Counted from the stretch's first letter, positions 1-17,936 are shown. The stretch is 64,000 nucleotides of DNA from Octopus vulgaris (GCA_951406725.2 OX597822.1:103106001-103170000), one strand, 5' to 3'. Notes: generated by a model not told the origin, from the letters alone. Translations and numbers: made by a program.

Positions 1-181
1 CACTGTGTGGCCAAAGACGAGGAGCTGGCTTCTGGTTGTGTATTTATATTCTTCGTATAGAGGATTTCTCCTCTCTAATCAGCTTTGGTTGATGAATGCT
101 TTTAGAAAGACCAAGAGGTTGGCTTATTCTGTCATCCTGTACTCTCCTTGTTGCTATCGAAATGGTATATGCTGGCTGTGT

Positions 182-813
182 GAGCAAGTAGTTGTTTTAA
201 TGGTGGAACAAACAGGGGAATTCCATTGGAAAAAGTTTTAATCGGTTTTTGCAGTAACTATGGGGGCTATGAAAAAAATCCAAAGCGCATTCCAATCTAT
301 GTACCTGTCTCCACATTTCACGCGAATCCACCCAGCCATTTGGCTGTGAACCTCAAGACAAGAAAGAATGCAACGATCACCCATGTCCAATTTATATTAT
401 ATACTAGCAGCTAAGCCCAGTTTCACCCGGTCTGTTTGGATAATGTGGGTGTGTTCATTTTCAGTTAGGTATAATCTATAACAACATTTTTCAACCTTAT
501 CATTTCGGGTCCCCTGTTTCGATTGGAGCCTCCAGCTGTATGAAAATTTCCTGACCCCACCCTGTCAGAAAACAGCTTCTAAGCAACTGGTTGTTTTAAT
601 GGCGGAAGAAAGAGGGAAATTCCATTACAAAAAAATTTCATCGATTTTCTTGGTAATTATGGGGGTTAGGGAAAAACTACAAACCGCATTCCAATCTATG
701 CACCCGTCCCCACATGTGTGCCATTTTTCACGCAAATCCACCCAGCCGTTTGACTGTGAACCTCAAGACAAGAAAGAATATAACGATCGCCCATGTCTAA
801 TTTATATTATAGA
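182..813 (-). mobile_element. Two tandem non-autonomous Helitron copies (complete unit 404-813, partial unit ~182-402)
   Basis: Minus-strand 5'-TC at 813-812 and 3'-CTAG at 404-407 next to a short hairpin, inserted at A|T. ~182-400 is a diverged direct repeat of ~581-810. Confidence 0.6.
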
Positions 814-1460
814 TGACTCTGTATTGCTACAGTTTATGTCTTGCTCAGAGATTTAATATAGATTATTTCTCCTTTCTTGAGATGAGCGACAGTTTGTCAC
901 TGGAAAAAGCATATAGTATTTTGCGAGTGGAATGAGTTATCATCAGTAGCTGGTGATTAACACACGCTAAGGACAAGTAACCACCAAGAAACTCAAGTCT
1001 GTGTGTATCATGTAAGGGTAGAGATGGAATCAATGACCATCCCTTGCAAATACTTATCGGACACAGAATGTGTGTTGTTAGCCAGCTGGAAGAGATGTCT
1101 TTCTGGGGCTACAAACGTCAGTAACACTGTCCTGTATAGGACGCCACACTTGGCTGGCAATTATATGTATATGTATATGTATTGCTACTGTTTATATCTC
1201 ACACAGAGATTTAATATAGTATATATATATATATATTTTTCTTTTATTTCTTTTACTTGTTTCAGTCATTTGACTGCGGCCATACTGGAGCACCACCTTA
1301 AGTTGAACAAATCGACCCCAGGTCTTATTCTTTGTAAGCCTAGTACTTATTCTATTGGTCTCTTTTGCCGAATTGCTAAATTATGGGAATGTAAACATGT
1401 CAACATCAGTTGTCAAGTGATGGTGGGAGGAACAAACACAAATACATACATATATATATA

Positions 1461-2537
1461 TTGGGTCATCACATAAATATTGCAGTTTTTTTATAGTTTT
1501 ATTTTTTAATATTAAGATAAACAAAGTTCTTGTTTAATCTAAAATATACTCTTCCTCATTTTCTACAATGTGCTTCCATCTATCAGTAGAGATGCAAAGT
1601 TCCTCTTCCAAAATTCAGTTGTCCATGATGAAAAATACTCCTCTAGTACTGTTCTGACCTCATCTACAGAATTCCTATTTTTTCTGTCCAAATGATTTTG
1701 AAGACTGCAGAATAAATGATAATCAGATGGGGCAATGTCCAGTGAATATTGTGGGTGGGACAATATTTTCCATTCAAACTGCTCCAGCCTTTGGAATGTC
1801 ATCCTCGCTGTATGTGGCTGAGCATTATCCTGATGGAAGAACACCTTTCATCTTGAAACCAAAGATGGTCGTTTTTCTTCTGGCGCTGACTTAAGCCACT
1901 CAAGCTGCTTGCAGTAGATCTCCTTTGTTATCATTTGGTTTGGGTTTAAAAGTTCGAAGTGGACTAAACCTTTCATATCCCACCAAACAGATAACAACAC
2001 CTTACTTGGGTGAAGACCCTTAGCCTGGGGTGCTGGTGTTTCTCCTTTCCTTAACCACTATCTTCAGGGCTTGACATCTTTATAGAGAATTCATTTCTCG
2101 CCACCAGTGGGATTATGTTCCACCAGGGTTTGCAGGACATCCTTGTCAAGCACTACAGATCTTCTAGGACAAGGTTTGTCTTCAAGGCTGTAGTTTCTAG
2201 CTCAGAATTTCTGGAACCACTGTTGACACTGGCTTATGCTTATTGTTCGATCCCCATAGACTGCATTAACATTCCTCACATTTTGTGTTGTGTTGTTACC
2301 TTTATTGAGCTCATAAAGTAAAATACGCTGAATATGCTCCTCTGTCACTTCTATAGTAGCTTTGAAAAAATACCTGTTAAAATCGAACTGCACTCTTCAA
2401 AACTAGCAGTAAGAATAAGTACAAAGTAAAAGTACTACCTGCTTTTATAGCAAATCAATGCAGGTAGTTTATCATGTCCATCTCCGACTTTTAGTTCATG
2501 CAATTTAAAAAATGGCATTATTTATGGGATAACCCAA
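1461..2537 (-). mobile_element. Degenerate mariner (Tc1/mariner) transposon
   Basis: TIRs ttgggtcatcacataaat / atttatgggataacccaa flanked by TA. Transposase fragments HQDNAQPH...DIAPSDYHLF (1563-1844) and an N-terminal HTH-like piece (2202-2393). Inserted in the TA linker of a SINE. Confidence 0.9.
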
Positions 2538-2925
2538 TATATATAAAATGGACGTCTTTCAGTTTCCATTTACCAAATCCACTAACAAAGCTTTGGTCAG
2601 CTCAAGACTATAGTAGAAAACACTTGCCCTAGGTGTCACACAGTAGGACTGAACCCGGAACCATGTGGTTGGGAAGCAAACTTCTTACTACACAACCACT
2701 CCTGTGCCTTTAGTCAAAGTAGTATTAAAATTTTTTCAAGTTTTACTCACATGTTATCTGTTTATGTCTCATTCTGAAGTAAACCACACTCAACTGAAAT
2801 ATAATCATAGATCACCTTGAGTAACACCGCACAATATGGTAATTTACTTTGCTAGAAGTGATGTGCCAATTTATCCAATTGTCTAATCACCTAAATTACT
2901 TATTCATTTAATCAACGTATAAGTT

Positions 2926-4207
2926 ACCAATAAGGTCTAGAATTAAAGGGCCTTTGAGTTAATCTAGCAAAAACCAAATTTTTAGTATGTAGGAAAGCAA
3001 ACAAATCACAAATCCCTTCAGGTAGATGGCCCTGCTTGATCTGTAGAAAAGGTGTAGGTAGAAATATCTTAAGATGTACCTGGTACAAGCTATGGACACA
3101 TAAAAGGTGCAGCAATATCAGAGGAAGGCTAACGGGGAAAATAGTTTTTGTGTATAGATGGTGCACAGGTGCAATAGACACTAAAAATATACAGAAAATA
3201 GACTCCATCCAATGCCAATGGGTAAAGCAAGAAGTAGTTACCTAGGTGACCAAGTCAGTTGTGGAGGTGGATGCTCTGAGAGTGTAGCTGCTAGAATAAG
3301 AATAGATTGGATGAAGTTCAGAGAGCTCCTGCCTGTGTTGGTAACAGTCAGGCAGCACTGGCATCAGCCACGTTCGGATGATGCTTTTTATGTGCCACTG
3401 GCATGGGTATCATAACTACAATTTTTATTTGATTTTTATTTTGATGTTGATGTTGATGTACTTGACTCAATAGGTCTCCTCAAGCACAGCGGGTCACCCT
3501 ACGATCCAAGGTAACAAAGGGCCTCAACCTCAGTGAAATGCAGACTGTATGATGACTGTGTGCAAACAGCCATTCTACATGGCAGTGAAACATGGGCTGT
3601 GACTGCTAAGGACATGCATAAGCTTGAAAGAAATGAAGCTGGTATGCTTCACTGGATGTGCAATGTCAGTGGGCATGTACAACAGTTTGAGCATCTTGAG
3701 AGAAAAGCTGGGCATAAGAGGCATCAGATGTGGTGTGCAAGAGAGATAACTGCACTAGTATGGGCATGTGATATGTAAGGATGAGAACAGCTGTGTAAGA
3801 AAGTGACGATCTCTTTGGAGGGAACCTGTGGGAGAAGTAGACCCAGGAAAACATGGGATGGAGTAGTGAAGCATGATCTTTGAATGTTGGGCCTTATGAA
3901 AGCAATGACAAGTGGCAGAGACCTTTGATGATATGCCATGCTTGAGAAGACCTGTCAAGCCAGGTGAAACTGTAGTTGTGGCTGATGCTGGTGTCACATA
4001 ACTGGCACTCATGCCAGTGGCACACAAAAATCACCCATTACACTCTTAGAGTAGTTGACATTAGGAAAGGTGTCCAACTGTAGAAACCAAGCCAAATCGG
4101 ATTGGAACCTGGTGCAGCTCTTTAGCTTACCAGTTTCAGCCAAACCATCTAATCCATGCCAGCATGAAAGCAGACGCTAAATGATGATAATGATGATGAT
4201 GATGATG
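2926..4207 (+). mobile_element. 5'-truncated, decayed RTE LINE (same family as 10354-14545)
   Basis: Frameshifted RT remnants (CRKGVGRN...WTHKRCS, HGSETWAVT), the shared 3' tail, and a (GAT)n end. Confidence 0.85.
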
Positions 4208-5972
4208 TTGTATTCCTTAATATAATCCTCAGGTAGAATTAGTGAGATACAGTGAAATAAAAGTATTTGTCATTTTAGCTTATCTTAGAACACAAAGTAA
4301 ATTTTTTGCTCAGACCGGCTGGTGTCAGAAAGGTTAAAATGATCTAAACGTAAAGCTTACTATTTCTGAACTCAACAAATGAAACTAACAAATTAAATGA
4401 TTTTCATAACACTTCCATGCCAGTGGCACGTAAAAGGGCACCATTCGAGCGTGATCGTTACCAATGTCGCCTTACTGGCACCTGTGCTGGTGGCATGTGT
4501 AAAAGGATTCGAGCGAGGTCATTGCCAGTACCGCCTGACTGCCCCCCCCCCCATGCCGGTGGCACGTAAAAAGCACCCACTACACTCTCGGAGTGGTTGG
4601 CGTTAGGAAAGGCATCCAGCTGTAGAAACTCTGCCAGATCAAGATTGGAGCCTGGTGCAACCATCTGGGTTGCCAGCCCTCAGTCAAAATCGTCCAACCC
4701 ATGCTAGCATGGAAAGTGGACGTTAAACGATGATGATGATGACTAATTGAAAATTAGGAAACCAAGTATTACTATAGAATTACACTGTGTAACGCTATTT
4801 TTGTCCTCACGTAGCAACTGTTATTTCCTATTTGCTTACCTGTAGAAAGGATGAAAAATGGCTAATATTCCCTTCAAACTTTTCTTTTGTCACACTTATT
4901 CAAACTACAAAGAATCCCTCTCAACACATGGCTATGATGCTCCCTCACAACTCCTGCTCATGATCAGAGATGCACATATTGTCCGCCACTAAGGACATGC
5001 TCAAGTGGCAAAGGTCAAGCAACTGACAAGCAAATCTGTGATACTGAGCAGAACATTTGCTATAATGATATTTCTGCTTCAGCATCTCAGTAAAATGTAT
5101 CTGAAATGTAATGGAAAATAGGTCAATTTCAAAATAGGTCACTTTCAAAACATTGATGTCCAACTCATAAAAGCAAAGTTTGAAGGGAATGGTAGTCATT
5201 TTCTTTGATTTCTAGATAGAAGTAAATAAGAAACACCACTTTCTGACCAAAGACAAAACATGTTATTAACTAATTAACTTCAAGACTGTTCTTAGCAATT
5301 TTAATGAGACTTAAAAATTTTGAAATCTTAATCAAATTTGAATGATTGTATTTTTTTTAATTACTGTTTTATTTCTATTTCAGAATATTTTGGCCAAACA
5401 AAGTTTTAAATATTCAAACCAAGGAAGATTTATTTTGAACTGAAATGGTTTTTAATATAACAACCAATAATAAATAAAACCACAGCAATACCAAGATTGA
5501 AAAAAAATACAAGACTAAGTTATTTTGGTAAACAGAATTTTCACTGAGATAAGAAATTTTGAGAAAAACATTGAAGCAATGACTTTTATTGGGATATTTT
5601 CAAGGTGTTTACAAGAATGGTTGCAGTTATGGTATCACTCATTCAGCAGGATTTATTTTCCATCTTCAAACAATAAATATGAAAGATTTCTAACAATACT
5701 GTTTGACAGAACTTATGAGATATAATAGAACTTTCATATGTTCTTCTTTGGAGACCGGTCGTCTACAACCAACAAGGCATCACTTGAACTGAAATGCTTT
5801 ACATTCCTAACAATCATCAGTGCTTCAAGCTTAGTGTAATTTAATACAATTTACAAAATGTAATTTTGTATGAAGTTCACAAATGAAAATATACATCCTC
5901 GGTGATTAACAGTATATGTTACCATCATTATAATTAGCATCTTGATATTCATCTTAATCCCCAATCAATACC

Positions 5973-6195
5973 TATTTCTTTATTACCCACAAGGGGCTAA
6001 ACATAGAGGGGACAAACAAGGACAGACAAATGGATTAAGTCGATTACATCGACCCCAGTGTGTAACTGGTACTTAATTTATCGACCCCAAAAAGATGAAA
6101 GGCAAAGTCGACCTCGGCAGAATTTGAACTCACAACGTAACAGCAGCCGAAATACCACTAAGCATTTCACCCAACGTGCTAACGATTCTGCCAGC
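5973..6195 (-). mobile_element. tRNA-derived SINE (family B) with a 15-bp target-site duplication
   Basis: TSD tccccaatcaatacc at 5958-5972 and 6196-6210. Core gcctttcatc..ggggtcgataaattaagtacc. Other copies at ~17725-17935, 21009-21242, 29312-29542, 38750-38972, 40372-40790 (tandem), 44295-44483, 47294-47508 and 48885-49083. Confidence 0.9.
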
Positions 6196-6221
6196 TCCCC
6201 AATCAATACCATCAATAAAAA

Positions 6222-6635
6222 ATGGTTATTCAAAACAGTACCTCAAGTATGTTGGCTTTGTTGTGCAGAGGTTTTCCTAATCAGACTTTCCGAACAGTAC
6301 AGTTTCCTCCAGAAAATTTCAGTAGGAAATATCCGACTGTGCACAGGACAGGCCCAGCATCTGATAGCGGGGCATTAATATATATAGTAGCAGTCCTGGT
6401 GTTCTATTCTGCTGCTATAATTATCATGATTATCAAATACCTCAAATCCGAACGGAAAGATCAACTTGAAGATGCTTTGATTGAGAACTTTTTCCGAGAT
6501 ATGCCAAATGGTAAAGCAGAGAGAGAGAACCGTGTGAACCAGGTAGCAATCCATGCTTTCCATACCTTGACAACAGCTGTTTATAATGATGAATCTTTAC
6601 CTTCTACAAATGAGGTACTTATAACAGATGTGTAG
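6222..6635 (+). CDS. Single-exon type III single-pass membrane protein, KCNE/MinK-like candidate (137 aa)
   Basis: ATG-to-TAG ORF in non-repetitive DNA. No signal peptide. N-glycosylation sequons at N5 (NST), N20 (NQT) and N32 (NFS). One TM segment ALIYIVAVLVFYSAAIIIMII followed by KYLKSERKD. C-terminal ITDV. AATAAA at 6686-6691. Confidence 0.8.
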   Translation: MVIQNSTSSMLALLCRGFPNQTFRTVQFPPENFSRKYPTVHRTGPASDSGALIYIVAVLVFYSAAIIIMIIKYLKSERKDQLEDALIENFFRDMPNGKAERENRVNQVAIHAFHTLTTAVYNDESLPSTNEVLITDV

Positions 6636-6994
6636 AGTTGTACATATCTTTCTGTTTTTTTTTTTGGTTTTTCGGTTTTTCTGATAATAAATATTTCTGA
6701 ATAGATTTTGACTCTTTTTTTTTTATTTCAGTTAAAAAATTTTCTCAAAATTCAAATAAATGCAATTCAGAATGGGCCACTTAAAGGTTCACTAAATATA
6801 ATATGCATAGTCACAGGTGTGACTGTGTGGTAAAAAGCTTGGTTCTTAACCACATGGTCCTGGGTTCAGTCTCACTTCATGGCACCTACTATAGTCTCAG
6901 GGTGGTCAGAGCCCTGTGAGTGGATTTGGTAGATGGAAATTAAAAGAAGCTTGTTTTATATATATATACATACATATATATATATACATACATA

Positions 6995-9990
6995 TATAAT
7001 ATAATTCGAGACAAAACCACTATTTTAAAATCAAACAAGGAAAGACTTAATCAATACATAAAATTTTAATATAAATTAAATAAACCGCCACTACAATTGT
7101 TTCCTGTCTTCTACTGACATTCTTCAGATGGATTTTCGATCTAAAAATATCAATATTTTAAAATATAATTTAAAATAATAAAATTATCAATGAAAGAATA
7201 TAAAAATAAAAATATATAATCTCTATATAATCTATATATAATCTATATATAATCAATATATAATCTAAAATAATCTAAAATAAACCCTATAAACAATTGA
7301 ATATAAAAAACCTATTATTAAAGTTTTCATATTTAAAAATGTACAAAAACCAAAAAACAACAAGCAAAAAACAAAAAACAAAAAACAAAAAACAAAAAAT
7401 AAACTATATATACACACACATGCTCATACACTCAACACATTACTTATTCATACTTCCTCACACACACATACAACACTCATTCATAAACAATATACATATA
7501 CCCGCTCACACATACATATACATACACATACATACAGAACACGATATATACCAATATATAAACACCCACACCCATATAGATAAATAAATTACGCAAACAA
7601 TCACACACACCCACACACACATTCACACATACATAAACGCTCAAAAGAAAACCGAACAATTCTTTGCATGTGGATATCAAACGTTTTAAAAAAAATTATG
7701 AATGGAAATGAAATCCATACATACAAGTATAAATATAACGATACAACCCCTAACACAATACACACAAATACACACACATATATACACACACCCACAAACA
7801 TAACCATATACACACTCACACATACATATACATACGTACAAAACTCGATACAAACAATCTTTAATAAAACGACCATGATAAACGAAAACTCATATTAAAT
7901 GAGTGTGTACACGCAGACGGGTGCAATCACACGCACATTCAAAACTTACATGTATACAAGTGCATAAATAATCACACCCAATTACATAGCACTCATACAC
8001 TCCCAAATCTACACTTACACTTGTACACACGCACACATACATACACACCCATACCTACATACAAAAATTCTTATTAAAATAATCATGATAAATAAAATCC
8101 ATACATACAAGTATAAATATAAAGATACAACCCCTTACACAATACACACAAATACACATACATATATACACACACCCACAAACATAACCATATACACACT
8201 CACACATACATATACATACGTACAAAACTCGATACAAACAAATACGCACACGCACACACATTCACACATACATAAACATACAAAAGAAAAACAACATTTC
8301 TACACATAATACGATATATAAAATACTCCATAAAAATATGAATTGGATAATAAAACTGAACCTTATGTACCTTTGAACCCCAGAATTACTCTTAAAGACC
8401 ATAAAGATAATTTTTATTCAGACCCTAAAGTTAGATTAATTTGCCCATGTAAATCTGACTTAGGTAAATTAAGTAAATTTATTTTAGATAAATATATCAA
8501 TAAATTAAATAAACTTAATTATTTAAAATTATGGTTTAGTAATAACAATACATTGAAATGGTTTAATAATATTAAATATTAATAATATTAATATTAAATC
8601 GAAATCGAATTGAACCAGCCAGGATCCCTGGTCTGATGGTACGTAAAAAGCACTATCCGACTCGTGGCCGTGGCACGTAAAATACTCCAATGCGACCGTA
8701 CGACAGGCACCCTTGCCAACCCCCTTTGCTTGTGAAGACATGTTGGGGCAAGCGAAATCGAAATCGAATTGAACCAGCCAGGATCCCTGGTCTGGTGGTA
8801 CGTAAAAAGCACTATCCGACTCGTGGCCGATGCCAGCACCGCCTCGACTGGCTTCCGTGCCGGTGGCACATAAAATACACCAATCTGACCGTGGCCGTTG
8901 CCAGCCCCACCTGGCACCTGTGCAGGTGGCACGTAAAAGCACCCACTACACTCACGGAGTGGTTGGCGTTAGGAAGGGCATCCAGCTGTAGAAACATTGC
9001 CAAATTTAGACTGGAGCCTGGTGCAGCCTTCTGGCTTCCCAGATCCCCGGTCGAACCGTCCAACCCATGCTAGCATGGAGAACGGACGTTAAACGACGAT
9101 GATGATGATGATGAAAGATAAAAATCGTTATAAATTTATTCAAATAGATATAGATAATTATTATTCTTCTATTAATGAAATTGTGTTTAATAAAGCACTT
9201 ATTTTCGCAATGAATGAAGTGGGAATGTCACGGGAAGAAGTTAATGTAATTAAAATGGCTAGGAAATCGCTAATTAAATATAAAGATAAATTATGGGCTA
9301 GGAATGATACTAGAGATTGTTTTGATATACCTATGGGAGCACCAGATTCTGCACAGGCTACTGATTTAGTAGGTATTTTTCTTTTATCTGAACTCCAATT
9401 AGAAAATCTTAAGATAGAGGGTGGTTTATATAGAGATGATCTTCTACTAATTACAAAGAATTGTACTAAAAGGAATCTAGAAGTATATAAGAAAAACACG
9501 CAGACGGGTGCAATCACACGCACATTCAAAACTTGCATGTATACAAGTGCATAAATAATCACACTCAATTACATAGCACTCATACACTCCCGCATCTATA
9601 CTTACACTTGTACACATACATACACACCCATACCTACATACAAAATTCTTATTAAACTAATCATGATAAATGAAATCCATACATACAAATATAAAGATAA
9701 AGATAAAACCCCTTTCATACACAATACACACAAATACACACACATATATACACACACCCACAAACATAACCATATACACACTCACACATACATATACATA
9801 CGTACAAAACTCGATATATACACTAATATTCATTCCCACACTCAATAAAATATTAAGTAAATACAAAACAAAGAAATACCAATTAAATACTAACTATAAT
9901 TAAAGCCTAAACTATATAACTAAAAATATATATATATGGTACTCTAAACTAAAAACAAATTAATCTAAAGTAACCTTTAATAGGGGGCTA
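6995..9990 (+). mobile_element. Rearranged Penelope-like retroelement (RT fragments 8343-8582 and 9114-9495)
   Basis: RT motifs RITLKDHKDNF..RLICP, IDIDNYYSSI, FDIPMGAPDS and GLYRDD. The RT is interrupted by an RTE-tail insertion (8594-9113). CA/TA-rich blocks are duplicated (7908-8240 and 9495-9815). Confidence 0.75.
7088..7131 (-). ncRNA. Minimal type I hammerhead ribozyme motif (Penelope pLTR-type)
   Basis: Minus strand reads ccat-CTGAAGA-atgtc-agtagaa-gacag-GAAAC-aatt-GTA-gtgg. The catalytic core is intact and stem III is short and palindromic. There is an A.G mismatch at the base of stem II. Confidence 0.65.
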
Positions 9991-10353
9991 TTAAGTATAT
10001 ATAAATATAATCTATATATATATATATATATGTATATGTATATATGCATGTATATATAAATATAATGTATATATATATTTATATATATATATATACATAC
10101 ATATACATACATTATATTTATATAGATATATATTCTTTTATTCTTTTACTAGTTTCAGGCATTTGACTGCGGCCATGCTGGAGTATTGCCTTTAGTTGAA
10201 CAAATTGACCCCAGGACTTATTCTTTGTAAGCCTAGTACCTATTCTATCAGTCTCTTTTGCCAAACCACTAAGTTACGAGGATGTAAACACATCAATATT
10301 GGTTGTCAAGTAATGGTGGGGGAACAAACACAGACATACAAACATATACAAAT

Positions 10354-15011
<4,658 letters not shown>

Positions 15012-15313
15012 GTTGAACGTAAAAATGGTTTATGACTATTTAATTTTTTTCCCACTAGGCCGCTGGAGGCAAAAGAATTCTACAAAATTTTTTTTTGCCA
15101 CCCTATATTGATTAATTATGAATATATATATATATATATATGATATATAATATATATATGATGGGCTTCAGTTTCAGTCTACTAAATCCACTCACAAGGC
15201 TTTGGTTAGCCCGAGGCTATAGCAGAAGACACTTGCCCAAGGTGCCATGCAGTGGGACTGAACCTGGAACCATGTTGTTGGTAAGCAAGCTACTTACCAC
15301 ACAGCCACTCCTG

Positions 15314-15372
<59 letters not shown>

Positions 15373-16066
15373 AAAAACGTGTGTGTGTGTGCTTGTCTCC
15401 CACCACTGCTTGACAACCAGTGTTGGTTTGTTTACATCCTCATAACTTAGAAGTTTGGTAAAAAGAGACTGATAGAATAAGAACCAAAAAAATAAGTACT
15501 GCAGTTGATTCATTCAAGTAAAAGTTCTTGAAGGCAGTGCCCCAGTATGGCCACAGTCTAATAACTGAATTAGATAAAAGATAAATGATAGTGGAGTCTT
15601 GGTTTGGGAGTCCCAGAATTCTAAGGTGTGTAGAATGTAGAATCATCTCTTAGCCCCTACTGTTCCCAGGTCTACTCTGACCTGGTGTAGTAGCAACTGT
15701 TAGGGTCCAGCTATGGGTTAATTAGGGTATTAGACTTTGCTTAACTATGCATTGGAGGACTGGATCCAGTGGACTTTGTGGAAGAAGCCTTCATGGTTCA
15801 ACAGAGGCAAAAATGGTTGCAGCAATGTATTGTGGAGGCAGGTAAGACATTTTGGTCATCCACTGCATCCACTTCCATCAGTCGTTCATGTTGCCCTGGT
15901 CTTGCCACTGGATTAAAGATGATCACAGACAAAAAGGTGAGGTTGGTATTGCATGACTCTTCTTCGTTTTAAACAAAGTCAATGTGCAAAACCATCCTTA
16001 AGGTCCTAGTTGTTCTGACAGATGAACTTATATAAACACATACACAGACACACACACACACACACA

Positions 16067-16277
16067 CAAAGGTGTGCTGGAGAGTTCTTGGCTTTGGGTA
16101 AAAGAAAATATAGGAGGATCAGTTAATTTTATCCAATGAATTCCCCACCCAGATTCACACCCTTATTGTAGCAGTCCTTCAGTTTTTCTAAGCCCTGTAA
16201 AAGAACTCGGAAGGTTGAGCCTCCAATCAGGCCTTTTGCAATACCCTTAAAGCCAGGAACTTTTCAGCATCCCCTCA
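16067..16277. mobile_element. Tc1/mariner-type MITE
   Basis: Imperfect TIRs ggtgtgctggagagttcttggctt / aagccaggaacttttcagcatcccc in a CA/TA tract. Confidence 0.6.
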
Positions 16278-16299
16278 CATATATATATATGTGTGTGTG

Positions 16300-16353
<54 letters not shown>

Positions 16354-16948
16354 ACAGTGGTATAATGTGACTTTTGAGTTTGGTCATGAAATGAGTACTT
16401 ATTGGTTGAGCTGAATCAATTTTAAAATTATTTCATTAAGGGAAACCACTTAGTGTAAATCCTCAAGTATAGTCCACCCTTGAGTATAATACGTAGGGGA
16501 TTTTTAGGGGGCTGTACTTCTGAAAAACCTAAACCTTTTGTATAATTCGCACCCCTTCTCTAACTTGAGTTGTGCGTAATTTAGCCAGCAGCACCTAGCT
16601 GAACAAACACTTCTGCACATGCGTAATACAATAATGGTGGTGTTCTTAACTGTTATATGGGAATGTAAATATGTTTGCAAATTGTTTTTCTTACATGTTA
16701 TTCTGTGTTCTGAATTGTTTTATTTTAATAAATGTTGCTTACTGCAAGTTATGGATGATTCTTTTATGACTTCATTGCTTTCAGGCTTAGCTTAAGGTAT
16801 TTCTACACCTGACATCACAAAATGCATCTGAATAAACATTACCGGACAACAAATAGAGACTCGGACATTGCTTAGAAAATATTTTTCATTTCTAACCTCG
16901 TATATAGTACGCAGTAGGAATTTTGACCTTTAAATTTGGGGAAAAAAA

Positions 16949-17320
16949 TGCGCAGGAGTGGCTGTGTGGTAAGTAGCTTGCTAACCAACCACATGGTTCC
17001 AGGTTCAGTCCCACTGCGTGGCATCTTGGGCAAGTGTCTTCTGCTATAGCCCCGGGCCGACCAATGCCTTGTGAGTGGATTTGGTAGACGGAAACTGAAA
17101 GAAGCCTGTCATATATATGTATGTGTTTGTCCCCCTAGCATTGCTTGACAACTGATGCTGGTGTGTTTACGTCCCCGTCACTTAGTGGTTTGGCAAAAGA
17201 GACCGATAGAATAAGTACTGGGCTTACAAAGAATAAGTCCCGGGGTCGAGTTGCTCGACTAAAGGCGGTGCTCCAGCATGGCCGAAGTCAAATGACTGAA
17301 ACAAGTAAAAGAGTAAAGAG
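16949..17320 (+). mobile_element. Abundant bipartite tRNA-derived SINE (family A, OK-like), representative copy
   Basis: Head gcgcaggagtggctgtgtggtaag..ggttcagtccc (A/B boxes), a TA/TG linker, and a tail ..gactgaaacaagtaaaagagt. Other copies at ~1240-2708 (split), 6810-6955, 10134-15315 (split), 18982-19405, 23480-23853, 29687-30100, 33616-33995, 41832-42805, 45772-46178, 52091-52625, 57295-57690, 60390-60795 and 61422-61775. Confidence 0.9.
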
Positions 17321-17936
17321 TATTACATTCAAGGATTTACGGTAGCTTCCTAACATGGCCATGGACTCACTATTTAATACAATCAGTTATTCCAGCATTT
17401 GTTGCCTCTTCTATGACCAAACCTCCTTAATGCCTTCCATAGTGAGTAAGTCTTCTACAAATGTTACAAATAGCTGTCTGATTATAAATGTTTCTAGTAA
17501 GGCACAGCTACAAAGATTAAAATTTTGTCAGTATCCCTTGTTTGTGAATAGATGAATGCAGGTTTCATTGGGTGATGGTAGAGATTTAAGAAGCAATGTA
17601 AAGAAGAGATGAGATCTAGAAGTCTATGGTATCCAGGAAAAGAGCATTAAGGTAGAAAAGAAACTAAGTTACAAATTCTTCCAATAAATAAAGAAACTGC
17701 AATTTAAGACATACAAAATGTTGATTTCAAATTTTGGCACAAAGCCAGCAATTTTGGAGGAGGGGATAAGTCAATTACATTGACCCCATGTTCAACTGGT
17801 ACTTTTTTTTATTGACCCCATAAGGATGAAAGGCAAAACTGACCTTGGTGAAAATTGAACTAAGAATGTAAAGACGGATGAAATATCTCTAAGTATTTTG
17901 TCTGGCATGCTAATGGTTCTGCCAGCTCACCACCTT

